Positions 1 through 15,780 of a DNA stretch of 64,000 nucleotides are shown here, one piece after another. The notes beneath the pieces are model-generated. The model saw only the letters and a program-made list of their open reading frames with translations. It searched no databases and had not been told where the DNA came from. Location: the NCBI RefSeq assembly GCF_009914755.1, contig NC_060928.1, one strand, 5' to 3'. The position numbers were made by a program, and so were the translations under genes. Each line of letters starts with the position of its first letter. The first letter of the stretch is position 1. The stretch is from the human T2T-CHM13v2.0 reference genome, Homo sapiens.

Positions 1-1160
<1,160 letters not shown>

Positions 1161-1299
1161 AGTACTTTAGCATGCTGGTATACCCTTCAGTGATGAAAGA
1201 AGTGGTATCTAAACAATGATGAAAGGAATAACATCTAAACCTTCTTGAATCCTTAGGGATGAAATAGATGAACAGTCCAATAATATCTGTGGAAATCTA

Positions 1300-1540
1300 G
1301 GATTGGGGGAAAATTTCTTAATCTGACCTAATGAACAGAAAATTGACTTGCATGACCATATTGACAAGTCTTAGCCTTTCATCCAATTGTCAATTCTAAT
1401 TCAGTTTCCAAACCCAGAGCCTCTTCAGTGAAAAGGATGCTGGGACACCTGTAGGAAGAAGGCTATGATAGCACCCTGAGTTAGTGCCATAAATCTTCCT
1501 TCTGCCTTTTCCTAAAAGAATTGGAGTCATTTACACCTCC
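1300..1540 (+). mobile_element. Degraded ERVL/MaLR internal fragment
   Basis: cagtttccaaacccagagcctcttcagtgaaaagg...aaatcttccttctgccttttcctaaaagaattggagtcatttac resembles recalled ERVL-int gag/pro sequence. Confidence 0.4.
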
Positions 1541-1688
1541 CTACACATCCCAGGGCTTGTTTACTGGCTTAGTGCTAGAATGAGCTATAGAAGACTCAGT
1601 TGCAGCCCCTATTGTGAGAATATACCTTGCAAGGTATGGTATGCTCTAGAGTGTGGCTGCATTCTGAACCAGCAGCCCATACATGCTA

Positions 1689-2166
<478 letters not shown>

Positions 2167-2499
2167 TCAAACTACTTTCACAATTATGCTAAGTTTTTTT
2201 TACTTTTACACTATGTTGACGTTTGCACTTGTAGTGGGTAAAATTGTTGGTGCTTTAGCATGAATCAAACCGTACTAGCAGCCCTCATGCTCTTCATGTC
2301 CATGCACTCACAATAGCCAGAGAATCCAGCCAGTTTCACTCAGGAACGCATCTGAGGAGTCAGTGCAAACTTAATTGTATTAACTCTTGGCCCATGAGTA
2401 CACATATTTTTAATATTCTGTGTGATGAAATGGGAAAGATGCATGGAGTGTTTTGACTGCACACCAAAGGACAATGATTCGAGAAAAAACCACTGTGTG

Positions 2500-2814
<315 letters not shown>

Positions 2815-3589
2815 CTACTGTGTGATTATTTGAGTTGTAAGCTGAACTAGCCATTTTTACTTTTTTAAAAAAAGATTGAAAGACAAACTAAAGCTATTCA
2901 TATTGAGATTTGGAAAATATTTTTCTTGAAAATGAACAAAGAGAGCTTATCACTTCAAGAAAACATCTGACTTTATATATGGCCAATGATAAAACTTATT
3001 TTCAGGAGAATTTCAAAGTCTGAAAAACTTTCATTCATAACTGTGAGCTTCACAGCTTTCTAAAACTTGAAGACTTCTGTTTGGGTCAGTGGTAATATTA
3101 ATGTATATGAATTTTTAATATTGTATAATGAAATGCATCAACTTTAGGAAAATCAGAATAACTCACAGAACAAATATTTTTCAAATGACCAATGCATAAA
3201 CATTACAAAATCATAAAAGATCCATTAAAAATGCAAGACAGACCAATGAATTTTAATGTTACAGAGCCCTAAAAGTTTACTGGGGTGGTGTCAGATTCCA
3301 CAGTGCAACCAACCCATAAAAAACTACAACTTCTTAAGTATTAGTGTGTATCAAAAAGAATATCCACAGTTATATGAAAAAGCTAGAAAAATGCCCTCTC
3401 TTTTTCCATTTACATTTCTGTGTGAGGCTGGACTTTCTACATATACTTCTCCCAAAAAAAATCCCAATAAAGTAAATGTAGAACCCCAACTATCTTCTAT
3501 TAAGCAAGACATTATAGATACTTGTAAGCATGTAAAACAATGCCACTCTTCTCCTCTATAGTTACTTTTCATTAAAAATATGTTCTATT

Positions 3590-3775
3590 CAATTAGAACA
3601 CATGGATACAGGGAGGGGAACAACACACACTGGGGCCAGTTGGGGGCTGGAGGGCGAGGGGAGGGAACCTAGAGGATGTCAGTAGGTACAGTGAACCACC
3701 ACGGCACACGTATACCTGTATAACAAACTGGCACATTCTGCACATGGATCCCGGAACTTAAAGTAAAATTTTTAA
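3590..3775 (+). mobile_element. L1PA (older primate) 3' UTR fragment, 5'-truncated
   Basis: gaacacatggatacagggaggggaacaacacacac...cccggaacttaaagtaaaa; flanked by aaaa(t)atgttcta TSD. Confidence 0.85.
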
Positions 3776-4339
3776 AAAATGTTCTACATGTTAACATGTA
3801 ATGAGTTTATTATCATTATTTTTAAGAAAGTAATAAATAAATGTCAAAACTGTCATATGCTTAATTTCAAATATGATAAATACCAATAGCTGTACCTTAT
3901 TAAAACAAATTCTCTTTGAGAAACTTGATATTTTTTAAAAGTATAAAGAAGTCCTGAGACCAAAAGTTTGAGAACTAATGAAACTTAAGACTCTTTCTCT
4001 TTTCTTTTTCTTCCATAATTAAATGTTGTTTAATAGTTCCTGAAAGTCTATGGCTGACAAGTATGATGAAAACAAGGATTTATAAAATAATTGTAAATTT
4101 TTATATAAATTGAAATGTAATTCAATAAGTATTCTTATGTTTATTTTTATAAGTCATTTTTACAGTTACTGCTTTGTCAAAACTAATATTTCCATTAAAA
4201 AAAGTTGAGGTATCTTCTAATAAGTTCCTTGAAATGAACTTTTCCTTGAAAATCATCTCTTTTTTAACTATAGGCATATTAAGCTAAAAATGTCCTCTCT
4301 TCATTTGGGCTTCACACATATGCAATTAATCTTCCCTCA

Positions 4340-4560
4340 GCTGAAGACATTTAGCGGCTTTAATGTCTCCTCACAAATCAATACTTTAGTTCTCTTTATC
4401 ACTGTTATTTCTCCTTTCTGGATTTCCTCCACGTTTCTTTTCTAAGAATTCACAAAACTGCAATGTGATCTCCAGTGATGGCCTCTCCACCCTGTGGATG
4501 GGAGCTACCTGTTGCCCGCTTGCCTGATGTAAAGCCCAAAATAGCCTGGATATCTCACCC
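4340..4560 (-). mobile_element. Possible L3/CR1 LINE relic
   Basis: Weak resemblance to recalled reverse CR1 3' sequence (ctttctggatttcctcc...aaaactgcaatgtgatctccagtgatggcct...gcccaaaatagc). Confidence 0.3.
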
Positions 4561-6715
4561 ATCATTGCTGGATTTTATCTGATTTTTTTTTGTCCTCAGT
4601 CACCTTGAGATTTCTAAAGGATCTATTGGCTTCCAGATTGTTCTTTCCTACTAACTTTTTTGAATTGCAGATCAATTTCCCACATTTCAAGTGAAATACC
4701 CATAAAGATGATCTTGTCAACATTGTCAGTTTTGTAAAATAATAGGAGAGCTACACTAAAAAGAAAGTTGAGTAAGAACAAAAATAACATTCAACCACAA
4801 TAATTATATGTGCATGCCTTCACACAAGTTTCAAAGTTTTGAAAGATAATGATTTTTAGTCATTTAAGTTTAGGCATCAAAAGTAACATATACAGTCCTT
4901 TGGTCCAAATATCCGATCTTCCTTATCATCAGGTTACATCAATCTTTCCAGCATTTCATTATTTTCCTTTATTACTTATTGCTATTGTGTTTTTTATCAA
5001 AGGAAAGTACATTTTAAAAGTTGTTTTTTAAAGGAAAAAGATCATATATTTTATATGAAATATTTGTTTTCTTTCACATAGTAGGACTCAGAAGGTGTCT
5101 TTAGAGCCTTGACACTTTTCCATCTACTGGGTTGTAAAATTTTCATATTCTTAGCCTCTCGGGAAAGCAATCACTATTTAGCAGATATAAGCCAGGAGTC
5201 ACCCAAATTCAAAAACTGCTGGATAATTAATAGAAAAAAAACCTACGCATTTATAGATTTTTTTTCTGAAGACACTGTGAAAGAAAATATAGGGAAAAAA
5301 AGTTAGATTAAGACTTTTTTTCCTTAAATCATATTCTTCTAATTATTTCTGAGATGTATTTTATAAAATGTTTGAGAAGAAATGAACTGAGAATTAGACT
5401 GCAGAGATTACCACCACACTCCACAAACAAGATAAATTGTGTAACCATATCTGGCATCTATTTGTGCTTTCGAACATCAGTCAGTCAAATGCATTGGGTG
5501 TTATGATGATCTGAGCACTATTCCAAGTTCCAGGAAAGATAAAGTTATTTTCAAGAAGCTGGTATTTATATATTTACTTAGTAAACTTGGTGTTGTTGCT
5601 AATTAGAAGCTAATGAAAATAAGAAAAAAAATCCCTATGTATTCTAAATCCCTTTAAAAGATAACTGGAAAACTTTAATTAAGAAGGCTAAGGAGATTCT
5701 GGTTTAAAATACTCCTTATTCATATTGAATATTCCCAGAAAATATGTTTTATTTTTAAGGTACTATCTTTAAAAACTTCACTCCTTTTCTTAAACAAAGA
5801 AATAATTGATGGCTATCATTTTGTGAGGGTTATTAATTTGGTGATGTAGCTGTTTCTCTTGGTTTTTCAGCCTTGCTTTGTTAGTCTTAATGAGCATTAG
5901 GAAACTTCAGATAAGCATAATTTTGTTCCCTTTGACTTTCAAAATAACAATACATAACGTAGAACTTTGCAGATTTTACTTAGTAAAGCATATCAAAGAG
6001 TTTATGATTTATTGCAAGAAAATTCATTTAGGAAATTCATATAGTAAAGTAATTTGTTTCTTAGCAAAAGTTAATGTTATAATATCAAACTTCTAATGAC
6101 AGTTTTCATCATAATGGCCAAAAAACTATCTCTTGTTATCTTTATGGATTATCTCCATTCAACTTTCCCCTCCAAGAGTGGTATTTTTTAATGTGGTTCA
6201 TCGACAACATTTTCTCTAGCAATTTTTTGTTTTGTCTGGATTTGATTCTTATTGTTAAATCTCTACAATTCAATGTACATTTATTGAGAGTCTCAAGTGT
6301 GCAAGGCTCTGGGCTAAGCACAATTAAATCCCTAAATCCTATTGCAAAATCCTGTTTTGCCTACATCAATGAACCCATTTCAGAGAGTAAATAACTGCAA
6401 TAACCTTATAATTGGTCCCCATAACTTCAATTTATCCTTCTTTCAATGCCACTTGAAAAGTATAGCCAGATGAATTGCAGAACAGAAATTTAATAACAAC
6501 TCTGCTCAAAAGAAATAAGAGGCTCCACATTTCCAAAGTAAGTTCACATATTGTTTTTAGCCATGGAACCCTTTGTTTAAATGAAATATTTGAAAATAAC
6601 CCAATACACGAAACAGATGAAAGCAAAGTTCCTTGGGTTAGGGTAGGAAAGGGAGCAGATACCACAGACTGAAAGGATAGACTTTAGGCTTCTTATCCTG
6701 TATTAAAAGTGTTCA

Positions 6716-7020
<305 letters not shown>

Positions 7021-7030
7021 GTGTTCCACA

Positions 7031-7366
<336 letters not shown>

Positions 7367-7664
7367 CTACTATGCTCCTCACACTATCCCACTCTATCCC
7401 ATTCCTGAAACTTCTGGATCATGAAGACATTTTGATCCTTTTTCTCTCAAATACATTGCTACATCTGTCACCTTTGTTTACGCTATTTATCCTAAATGAA
7501 AGACACCTTTCTCCCACAACTTTGACCACTGAAGCAATTTCTAACCATTATTTGAGGCCTAGTAAAGTTTTGCCTGTTTTCAAACCTCTGTGAATGCCAT
7601 GAGAAGTAATGAATATTTTCTCCTGTGTTTATCACATAGACTGCCATTTAGCAATGTTAGATCA

Positions 7665-7710
7665 TTCTATGTAGTTCTTATGTAGTTCTATGTAGTTCTA
7701 ATGTAGTTTA
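7665..7710. repeat. Short tandem repeat, about 4 copies of (t)atgtagttct
   Basis: ttctatgtagttcttatgtagttctatgtagttctaatgtagttta. Confidence 0.85.
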
Positions 7711-7847
7711 AGGCTGTTTGTCCAAGATTTCCTAATTGACTCATAAAATATCCACCTAGTTAGATGATTCCTAGGCAACTTCCAATCCTGTTTTTCCTGT
7801 GGTTAGAGATCTGTCAGATCATTGTCAGTCTCAAAGCTTTAGTCTCT

Positions 7848-8435
7848 TTCTTAGTTATCTATTGCTGCATAAAAATGTACCACAAATTTAGCAGTTTAAA
7901 ACAACACACACTTATTATCTCACAGTTTCTGTAGATCTGTAGATGCAATTTCTGCAGACAGCTTAGCTAGGTCCTCTGCTTAGGGTTTCACAAGATGGAA
8001 ATCAACATTATCAGCCAGGGCTGTGGTCTTACGTGAGGCTTGGCTGAGGAAGGACCCACTTCCAAGCTCACACAGTTATTGGCAAAATTCAGTTCCTTAC
8101 AGGTGTTTGGGTCAGGGTGTCCCCACTTCCTGCTGTCTGTTGGCCAGATGCCAACCTCAGTTTCCCGACACATGACCCTCTACACGGGCAGCTTGCAACA
8201 TGGCCACTCGCTTCATCAAATTTAGCAAAGGACAGGGAATCTGCTTGTCAGACATGCATTACAGTCTTATGAAACATCTTATGCTTATGAGCACATACAG
8301 ATAATCACAGACATCTTGTCACCTGTGCTATATTCTACATGCCTAGAAGCAAATCCCAGTTTCTGCCCACACTCAAGGAGAGGAGACAGGGGACTACACG
8401 AAGGCATGGGGATCATAGAAGCCACAAAAGGCTGT
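7848..8435 (-). mobile_element. MLT1E-like MaLR solo LTR
   Basis: ttagttatctattgctgcat...ccacaaatttagcagtttaaaacaacac...gcttagctaggtcctctgcttagggtttcacaag...ccacttccaagctcac...cccacactcaaggagaggag. Confidence 0.75.
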
Positions 8436-9769
8436 CTGCTAGTCTGCTAAAATTACTACGTCAGTGAAGGATGCTTAGAATATGTGAAATCAAGATTTTT
8501 AAGTCAGTTCCAGACATCTAAGGACTCTGCCCACACACTAGTAAGAAGTACACATATGTTGCAACATGCTAAGTAGTTTTATCAATAAGTAGTGTTTGGA
8601 TAGGGAAAAAAATTTTCCTGGGATATATACCAAATACCTGACCAAAATCAGTAGGGCTAATCTGCCTTTGTCTCTATTCAAAAGACTTTCCCAAAGGACT
8701 AAATGAGGACAGGACCTAAAGTCCTGGAAACAGTTGAATTTCATGAATGCTACTTACCAATACAACTAGGGTTGAAAAAGGCTGATGTGGGACAGAGTGT
8801 AGCACATCACCATCAGTGCCTCACAGGGGCAGGATTACAGACATCCTCTTCCAGAACATCTGAAAAGTCAAAGTTTATTTAAAATTTGGCCAGAAGCAAA
8901 TTCATAAAGAATGAAGTTCAGATTCTCATAAAGAATGAGAGTCAATGTCAGCCTCAAAGGCTAGAACATCTTCTGTGAGAAGATTTGAGGGACATTCTCA
9001 GAAAATAATAGAATGGAAGAACTGTTGCTAAAATTTTATGATGTCAGGCTGTACACATCAAAGTTCTCAATCAGGAAATAGCTTAAGGAAATTAAACAGA
9101 ACAAGACAAAGAGACAGGTTAGAATATTATCCAAAAATGGAATTAGATTTAAAGTGAGGTCCGAAAATGGGTTTTCTTTGGCATGTCTCAAGCTGGTTCA
9201 GAGGAGTCATTGATTCATTCATCCTTAAAGAGACATACACACAACATCTATCTCAACAGGGTACCTTATCCTGGTCAGCTTTCCTATAACTTTCTTGATA
9301 AAAGAAGGGATTTGGAAATTTCTCGAAGTAGGAGAGCACTTCAGGAAAGTTACATTAATGTGAGGTCAACACAGTTAATCAGATATTTTTCTAAAAACAT
9401 ATTCTAACGGCTTAAATATTTTATACTATTTCTCTCTACAACATAATTTTTTAGGTTTATATCAAGGTTTCCAGATTCCATTAGCATTTTCTAGAATTAA
9501 ATCTATGCAAAGATTATAAGGTAAAGACTCATCAAATTAAATCTGTGGCTGCTTTCTTAAAGATGTATCCCAAATGACTAGAACAATACTTGGCTTAATA
9601 GATGCTCAATAAATATTAGTTTAGTGATCGAAAAAAAATTAGACCTGGAAATGACTTCAAAGGCCTTGGGGTCCAGTTCATGTCTCACTCAGTGTAATCC
9701 TCCTCAGCTTTCTAATTGTGAGTCTCTTATATTTGCAGAATATGTTAGAGTTGATAAAGTTTATTCGTA

Positions 9770-9915
9770 TCTATTATTTTATTTTATTTTTACAAAATGT
9801 ACTATGATCAGTATTAGTATTCTTCACTTAACAGATGAAAAAACAAAGAGACTTCAAAAAGTGAAGTGACATGCCCAAGATAACACAACAAGCTATGGAC
9901 AGAAGTGGGCTACCC
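9770..9915 (-). mobile_element. MIR SINE fragment
   Basis: MIR core: cttaacagatgaaaaaacaaagagacttcaaaaagtgaagtgacatgcccaagataacaca. Confidence 0.7.
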
Positions 9916-10859
9916 CTTCATGCCAGCCTTGGTCCTTCTCTATTGAATTATAAGTTCTCCCCTTTGCAGGTAAGGGCAGCATAAGCCAAAAACAAAAACA
10001 AACAAACAAAAAAAGGCTGAGCAGCAGCAAAACCACCAATTTCTTAGAAAGACTGTCTTTGCACCCTGGCTACAATGTGCCAAGCCACTCTTCACTGGGA
10101 AGAGTGCCTGCCCCTCTGTTCTAAAGATTCTGATAAAGACTCAGTGATAATAGTCCACGTTATCTCAGGTCCTCCATTAGCACACTGTCAATTTAAAAAA
10201 AGAATGACTGTAGTTGTTTGTCAAGCATTGCTTCTATTAAGACCTTAAACATATGGCAAGAATGGGAAGGAAGAGTAAACGCTTTTACACAGTGACTGCA
10301 ATATAGTAGGCATTTAATGAATTTTATCTTTAAACAATAGTTAAAAAATTGTCAACTTTGTCAAATATGGGCTTTACAAGGACTGCTTTCACCAACAGTA
10401 TTCTTCCTTCACCCTTCTCAGAAACTTTGTAGTTTCTTAAGGAAAACAGATCAAAAGTAAAAACCTGTTTTTTTAATTGTGGCAATGGCATGAAATAAAA
10501 AAAAAAAAAAGAGCTAAATTTATTCGACTATATTCCAGGTGCCAGCTCCTGGATGTCCCCAAGTCCTCCAAATTATTCATTTGAATCTTTCTTTCACTTA
10601 TGATAGGAAATCCATCTTTCTGTATCTCTAGGGATTCAGGCTGAGGGGGTAGATTATGTTGATTCTAATAATCTCTGTCCTCCAGTTACCACTTTGTCAT
10701 AATTTTCTAACTTTAATGCATGTTGTAAGTTTTCCCTACTATATCTGAGACTACTATGGTATTAATCCCAGAATACCAACAAAATTCAAACAAAGTTTCA
10801 CTGAAGGTTTAATAGCAACTTAAAAATTAAACATGTATGGTTCCAAAAATACCTTATTA

Positions 10860-11105
10860 TTTTATTTTGCCTTTTTTGAGCTTCATAAAAAAAGTTATCA
10901 CTTAATACATAATCTTCTGAGACTTGCCTTACTTTATCATGTTTCTAAAATGTATCCATATACTTACAGTTTCAACAACAATGATAATGTACTGGTTCTT
11001 AGGCTGGGAGTGAGTTCACAAGTGTTTGATTTGTTATTATGCTTCAAAGTTAAAATCACTATACATTCTTTTCTTTGTATCAGATATTACATTTTAAAAA
11101 CATTT
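10860..11105. mobile_element. Old L1M (L1ME-like) 3' UTR fragments, in both orientations
   Basis: ttttgagcttcataaaaaa...tgagacttgcctt (reverse); tggttcttaggctgggagtgagttcacaagtgttt...atattacattttaaaa (forward). Confidence 0.45.
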
Positions 11106-11349
11106 TAACTAATTATTAGCCATCTTAGTTCTTAAAGTTTCTATAGCCATTAACACCTCCAAGAACTTCTCTCTTCCGATCATCCATGCCATGGATCCCA
11201 GTCAAGACAGTTACCCAACTCCAACTTCCCTCTTTCTCTCCTCTCAATAGCTTTTTTCTAATTGCAGTTCTTAATCCTTCAATTCCTGTTTTCTTTTTAA
11301 AGTAATTTTAGAAAAAGTACTAATTTTTCTAAGAAGAAAAATTATTCAA

Positions 11350-11745
11350 CACTAACTTGTAATAAACAACCCCAATGTCAGAGTGGCTTAATACAATAAT
11401 ACAACACTCTTGTTCATATGAAATCCAGAGCTCAAGTTCCTGGCCAAGAGATCTCTTTAACAACTCCTCCAAGTGATCAACTCAGGATTCAGGCTCTTTC
11501 CATTGTGTGTTCCACCATCTCGAAGGCCTTCTCTTCCTGCCATGTGGTTGAAGGAGCAAAGAAGATCACACAGAGACTTTTAATGGCCATGCCTGGAAGT
11601 GCTATACGTCACTTCCACTCACTTTCCATCTGTAGAGCTCAGTGACACAGTCCACCCACACTCCAGGAGCTACTGGGAAATATATGTCTTCCTGTGTGCC
11701 CAGGAAAAAAATAAAATAGTTTGGTGAACTCAGAGTATTGTTTCT
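11350..11745 (-). mobile_element. MLT1J/K-like MaLR LTR
   Basis: taataaacaaccccaatgtcagagtggcttaatacaat...ctcaggattcaggctctttcc...gcctggaagtg...ctgggaaatatatgtcttcctgtgtgcccagg. Confidence 0.6.
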
Positions 11746-12179
11746 GGTCCTCTTTTGCTTTTCCAGCCTGTTTGGGCTATTGAGGAAATGGGAAGACAGA
11801 GGGTGGGAAGTGTTTTTATATCTTTCACAAGCAAATATAATATCATGCTGTTTTGTATACAAAAACCAACCTCTTTGTATGAATGAATCTGCTACAACAC
11901 TATAATTTTGCAATAACAGAAGGTTTCCCTAGCAACACTTCTCTTTGGCAATGGCCTTCTTTATCTTGGGAAAGGGAAAGAGAATGACAAAGTCAACAGA
12001 GGTTCTGAACTCATTTATTGTTTTCAATTTATCTTGGACCCAGTTGCCTTAAAAACCAGGAGAGAGGGTTTTAAGAGAGAAAAAGGCAACACGAATCACA
12101 AAAAGCTTGGTTTTGCATATAAAGAGCCAAAGTCTGGAAGACTGACATCCTGAAGTGTATGCCATAAGCCTTAGACTGA

Positions 12180-13060
12180 GGAAAACTGCATCGTGAAAGA
12201 CAAGCAATTTCTCCAACACAAAGGATACTATATGTCAGCCAGTTGTGGGAAAGGAAGAATCAAGGGTGACCTACTAGAGTCTAAATAGAGACTATGCCTG
12301 AGAAAAAGGCCTCATGCTCCATCTCTCTGGGCTAAGTAATGATTAGGAGGAATGACTGGAGGGTGGGAGACATCTCTGCATATACTGATGAAAATCTGAG
12401 ATAGCGTCTCAGATTCCTTCTCAATGATCTTTCTGTTCTGGGATCAATCCCAGATAAGTTTGAAGAGAGAGATCCCAGAACAGAAGGATAATTGCCTAGC
12501 TATTAGGAGTATAACTCAGAAGTTGAGTAGAGAAGTCCTCCATCCCACATTGGATCTGAAATAGCAGTGGCTGAAAGGGGTGACTAGGCAGATGGACCTG
12601 AGAGCTTCCTCAGAGAGCCCCAGCACTCCAGATGATGTGGAGTGCCACATGTGAAAGCAGCAGCCAGCTTTCCTCACAACTTTAGAGGAAGTCAGACAAG
12701 ACTGGGATTCAAAACCCCAAAAAGGCCGTGCAGTGGGGATAAGAATTAGAGGCCAAGATAAAGTGTGGATTCAGCAGCAGGGACAGAGGCCAATGCCCAA
12801 GACCAGGAGAAATCAGTGACACCTGGGTTGGGGCCAGGAGGCTCAGCAGGCCAGGTGGCTGGCTCCCCATGCCAGAAAGAAACACAAGACAAGCACCATC
12901 ACCACCCGCCAGGATGGTCAGGATTGCAGAATCATAATTAACTAAGTTGTTACCCAAAAGAGACTTAAAGTTTAACTGCAAATGCTAGTTACTTTAAATT
13001 GACAATAATGAGTTGGTCCTCATCAACAGAAAATGAGGACTTGAGTAAGCTTAAGTTACC
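12180..13060 (+). mobile_element. Possible ancient LTR (LTR78/79-like)
   Basis: GA-rich body ending aaagagacttaaagtttaactg...cagaaaatgaggacttgag...aagttac; weak recalled similarity only. Confidence 0.25.
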
Positions 13061-13294
13061 TTTTTTTTCACAGTTAAGTTGTAACTTGTATCCATTTACA
13101 ACTATATCTCTGCTCTAAACATTTTCCTGATGGTGCACTGTGTTTTAGGCTCTGCGCTAGGTGTTAGGTATACAAAGATAAATATGAACTCCTTTTATAG
13201 TCTCATAGTGGAGCAGGTATGTTAGCTAGGCTATAGGACCTGCTATATCATAATATTTGTATTAGGATACAAATATCTTAAATAACAGGGGCTT

Positions 13295-14068
13295 GTCATC
13301 ATCACTGGCCATTAGAGAAATGCAAATCAAAACCACAATGAGATACCATCTCACACCAGTCAGAATGGTAATTACTAAAAAGTCAGGAAACAACAGATGC
13401 TGGAGAGGATGTGGAGAAATAGAGATGCTTTTACACTGTTGGTGGGAGTGTAAATTAGTTCAACCATTGTGGAAGACAGTGTGGCGATTCCTCAAGGATC
13501 TAGAATCAGAAATACCATTTGACCCAGCAATACCATTACTGGGTATATACCCAAAGGATTATAAATCATTCTACTGTAAAGACACATGCACATGTATATT
13601 TATAGCAGCACTGTTCACAATAGCAAAGACTTGGAACCAACCCAAATGCCCATCAATGATGGACTGGATAAAGAAAATGTGGCATATATACACCATGAAA
13701 TACTATGCAGCCATAAAAAAGAATGAGTTCATGTCCTTTGCAGGGACATGGATGAAGCTGGAAACCATCATTCTCAGCAAACTAACACAGGAACAGAGAA
13801 CCAAATACCACATGTTCTCACTCATAAGTGGGAGTCGAACAATGAGAGCACATGGACACAGGCAAGGGAACGTCACACATCAGGGCCTGTCAGGGGCTGG
13901 GGGGCAAGGGGAGAGAGAGCAATTAGGACAAATAAGTAATGCATGTGGGGCTTAAAACCTACACGATGGGTTGATAGGTGCAGCAAACCACCACGTATAC
14001 CTTTGTAATAAACCTGCACATTCTGCACATGTATACCAGAACTTAAAGTAAAATAAAATAATAATAAT
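13295..14068 (+). mobile_element. L1PA (L1PA7/8-like), 5'-truncated: ORF2 C-terminus and 3' UTR
   Basis: ORF 13293-13955 matches the L1 ORF2p C-terminus ([24 protein letters not shown]...[20 protein letters not shown]); perfect 14-bp TSD aataacaggggctt at 13281-13294 and 14069-14082. Confidence 0.95.
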
Positions 14069-14242
14069 AATAACAGGGGCTTAAACAATAAAGAAGTGTA
14101 TCTTTATCACACGGCAGTCTTACTGTAAGCAGTCCAGGGCACATACGATAACCCGTACTAGAAGGGACCAAGGCCTCTTCTGCCTTACTGGTCTGCCATC
14201 CTGGTGTGTTACATACCTCTTTATTGTCAAAAATGGCTCATT

Positions 14243-14433
14243 CTTCAGAAAGAATAGTTAATGGATACTGGGCTTAATACCTAGGGGATGGGATGATCTG
14301 TGCAGCAAACCACCATGGCACACATTTACCTATGAAATGAACCTGCATATCCTGCATGCGTACCCCTGAACTTAAAATAAAAGTTGGAAAAAAAAAACGG
14401 TCTGTGCTCACCAAAAAATAAAATTATTTCACC
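14243..14433 (+). mobile_element. L1PA13-16-like 3' end with extra 3' sequence
   Basis: gaatagttaatggatactgggcttaatacctagg...cccctgaacttaaaataaaagttgg-poly-A; TSD aaaaa(t/a)ggctcatt at 14229-14242 and 14434-14447. Confidence 0.85.
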
Positions 14434-14769
14434 AAAAAAGGCTCATTGTACCCACATTCCTGTCAGCAGGGAGGGGAAAGGGATAAGGCAAGGGCAAACC
14501 CTTTATTTAAATCACATGTTCCAGAAATTGCTTACACTGTTCTGTGCACAAACCACTGGCAAAGAACTCAGTCACATGGCCATACCGCATAGACAGATTG
14601 GAAAGTGTAGCTCTCAGTAGGGCAACCATATGCCCTAATTAAATCATTTTACTACTCAAGGAATGACTAGACATTGAAAGAAAACTGTAGCATCTGCTTT
14701 AGTCTGTTCCTCTGACTTTTTAAATATTCATGCTATGTGACCCAGCAAAGGAAAGAAACTAACTTCTAA

Positions 14770-15780
14770 AGGGAAAATAGAGGAAAGTATGAAGAGATGA
14801 GACAGCGTGCTGATCAGAGAGGCCTTCAGAGAAGAACTGATGTTTGAACTGAGTTTCATAAGGTGAGTAGAAGCTCACTAAGAGGACTGAGAAGAGTAAG
14901 GGTGTTTAAGGTGAAGGGAAATGAAAATCATGTGCAATATCACAGAAGTGTGAACTTTGTTGTTTTATTTAGGAAATTTTAGATAGTTCTAAAAGGCCAA
15001 GATGAGATTGGCTAGGTAAGAAGAAATCAGATAATAAATAGCCTTAAATGGCCAGCAAGGCATTTGGCCATTGTTCTACAGGTAAATGGAAAATGCTGAT
15101 GAAATTTAAGTAGGGAAGTGACATAATCATGTTTATAGAGTTAAAAGATTACTCTTGAGACAATGCAGAGGATAGACAAGACTGAAGACTGGGAGAAGAT
15201 TTAGAAGGCAGCTGAGATTGTACAAAAACAAGATTACAAGGGTATTAAGGCAATACACATAAGAAATAAGAGCTTTAGGTAACAGATTCTGAAGGACTTT
15301 GTAATTAACTGACAGCAGAAGTGAAGAGGCAGGAAGATTATTGGATGCTTGGACTGATACACTTTAAAATAGAGAATTCAAGATGAGATCATGGATGTGT
15401 TGAATTTGAAGGTACTATGGATACTAAGAAACACTCAAATGAAAAATGACCAATAATCATACAAAAATAAGGACCGTGAATTCAGGAGGGAGGTCTAAAA
15501 TGGAAATGTGTGTTTGGGAGTCATCAGTGTGATGTGGCAGTGGAAACATTTGATATCAATGAAGATACATTGCTTGAGAAGAGAAGAACTTGAGCAAGAA
15601 CAATATTGCTTAGTGTGCAATGCCAAGCGGTATTATGGAACCCATAAGCATTTCTGAATGTCAGATTTGAGGATTGTGATCCAAACAGGCAGTTATTGTG
15701 GTCAGATACATCAGAAGTGACTATAATCAAGAGATGACAGTGAATCGGTAAGGAAAAGAGACCCTCTTGCTATCTGTCAA
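14770..15780 (-). mobile_element. L2 LINE fragments (3' end probably at about 13100-13210)
   Basis: Purine-rich L2 antisense signature: gatcagagaggccttcagagaagaactgatgtttgaactgag...atggatgtgttgaatttgaagg...tttgggagtcatcag. Confidence 0.65.

Larger units (their letters stand above)
13215..14700 (-). mobile_element. MLT1J-like LTR split by two L1 insertions
   Basis: aataacaggggcttaaacaataaagaagtgtatc...aagcagtccagggc...aaaatggctc...ccagaaattgc...tggcaaagaactcagtcacatggccatac. Confidence 0.65.

Noticed and set aside
3256-3561. hAT/ZBED-like peptide
   Set aside because: Decayed Charlie1a transposase remnant with no intact reading frame.
13293-13955. 220-aa ORF, the longest in the window
   Set aside because: C-terminal fragment of L1 ORF2p in a 5'-truncated L1PA copy, running into the 3' UTR; not a host gene.
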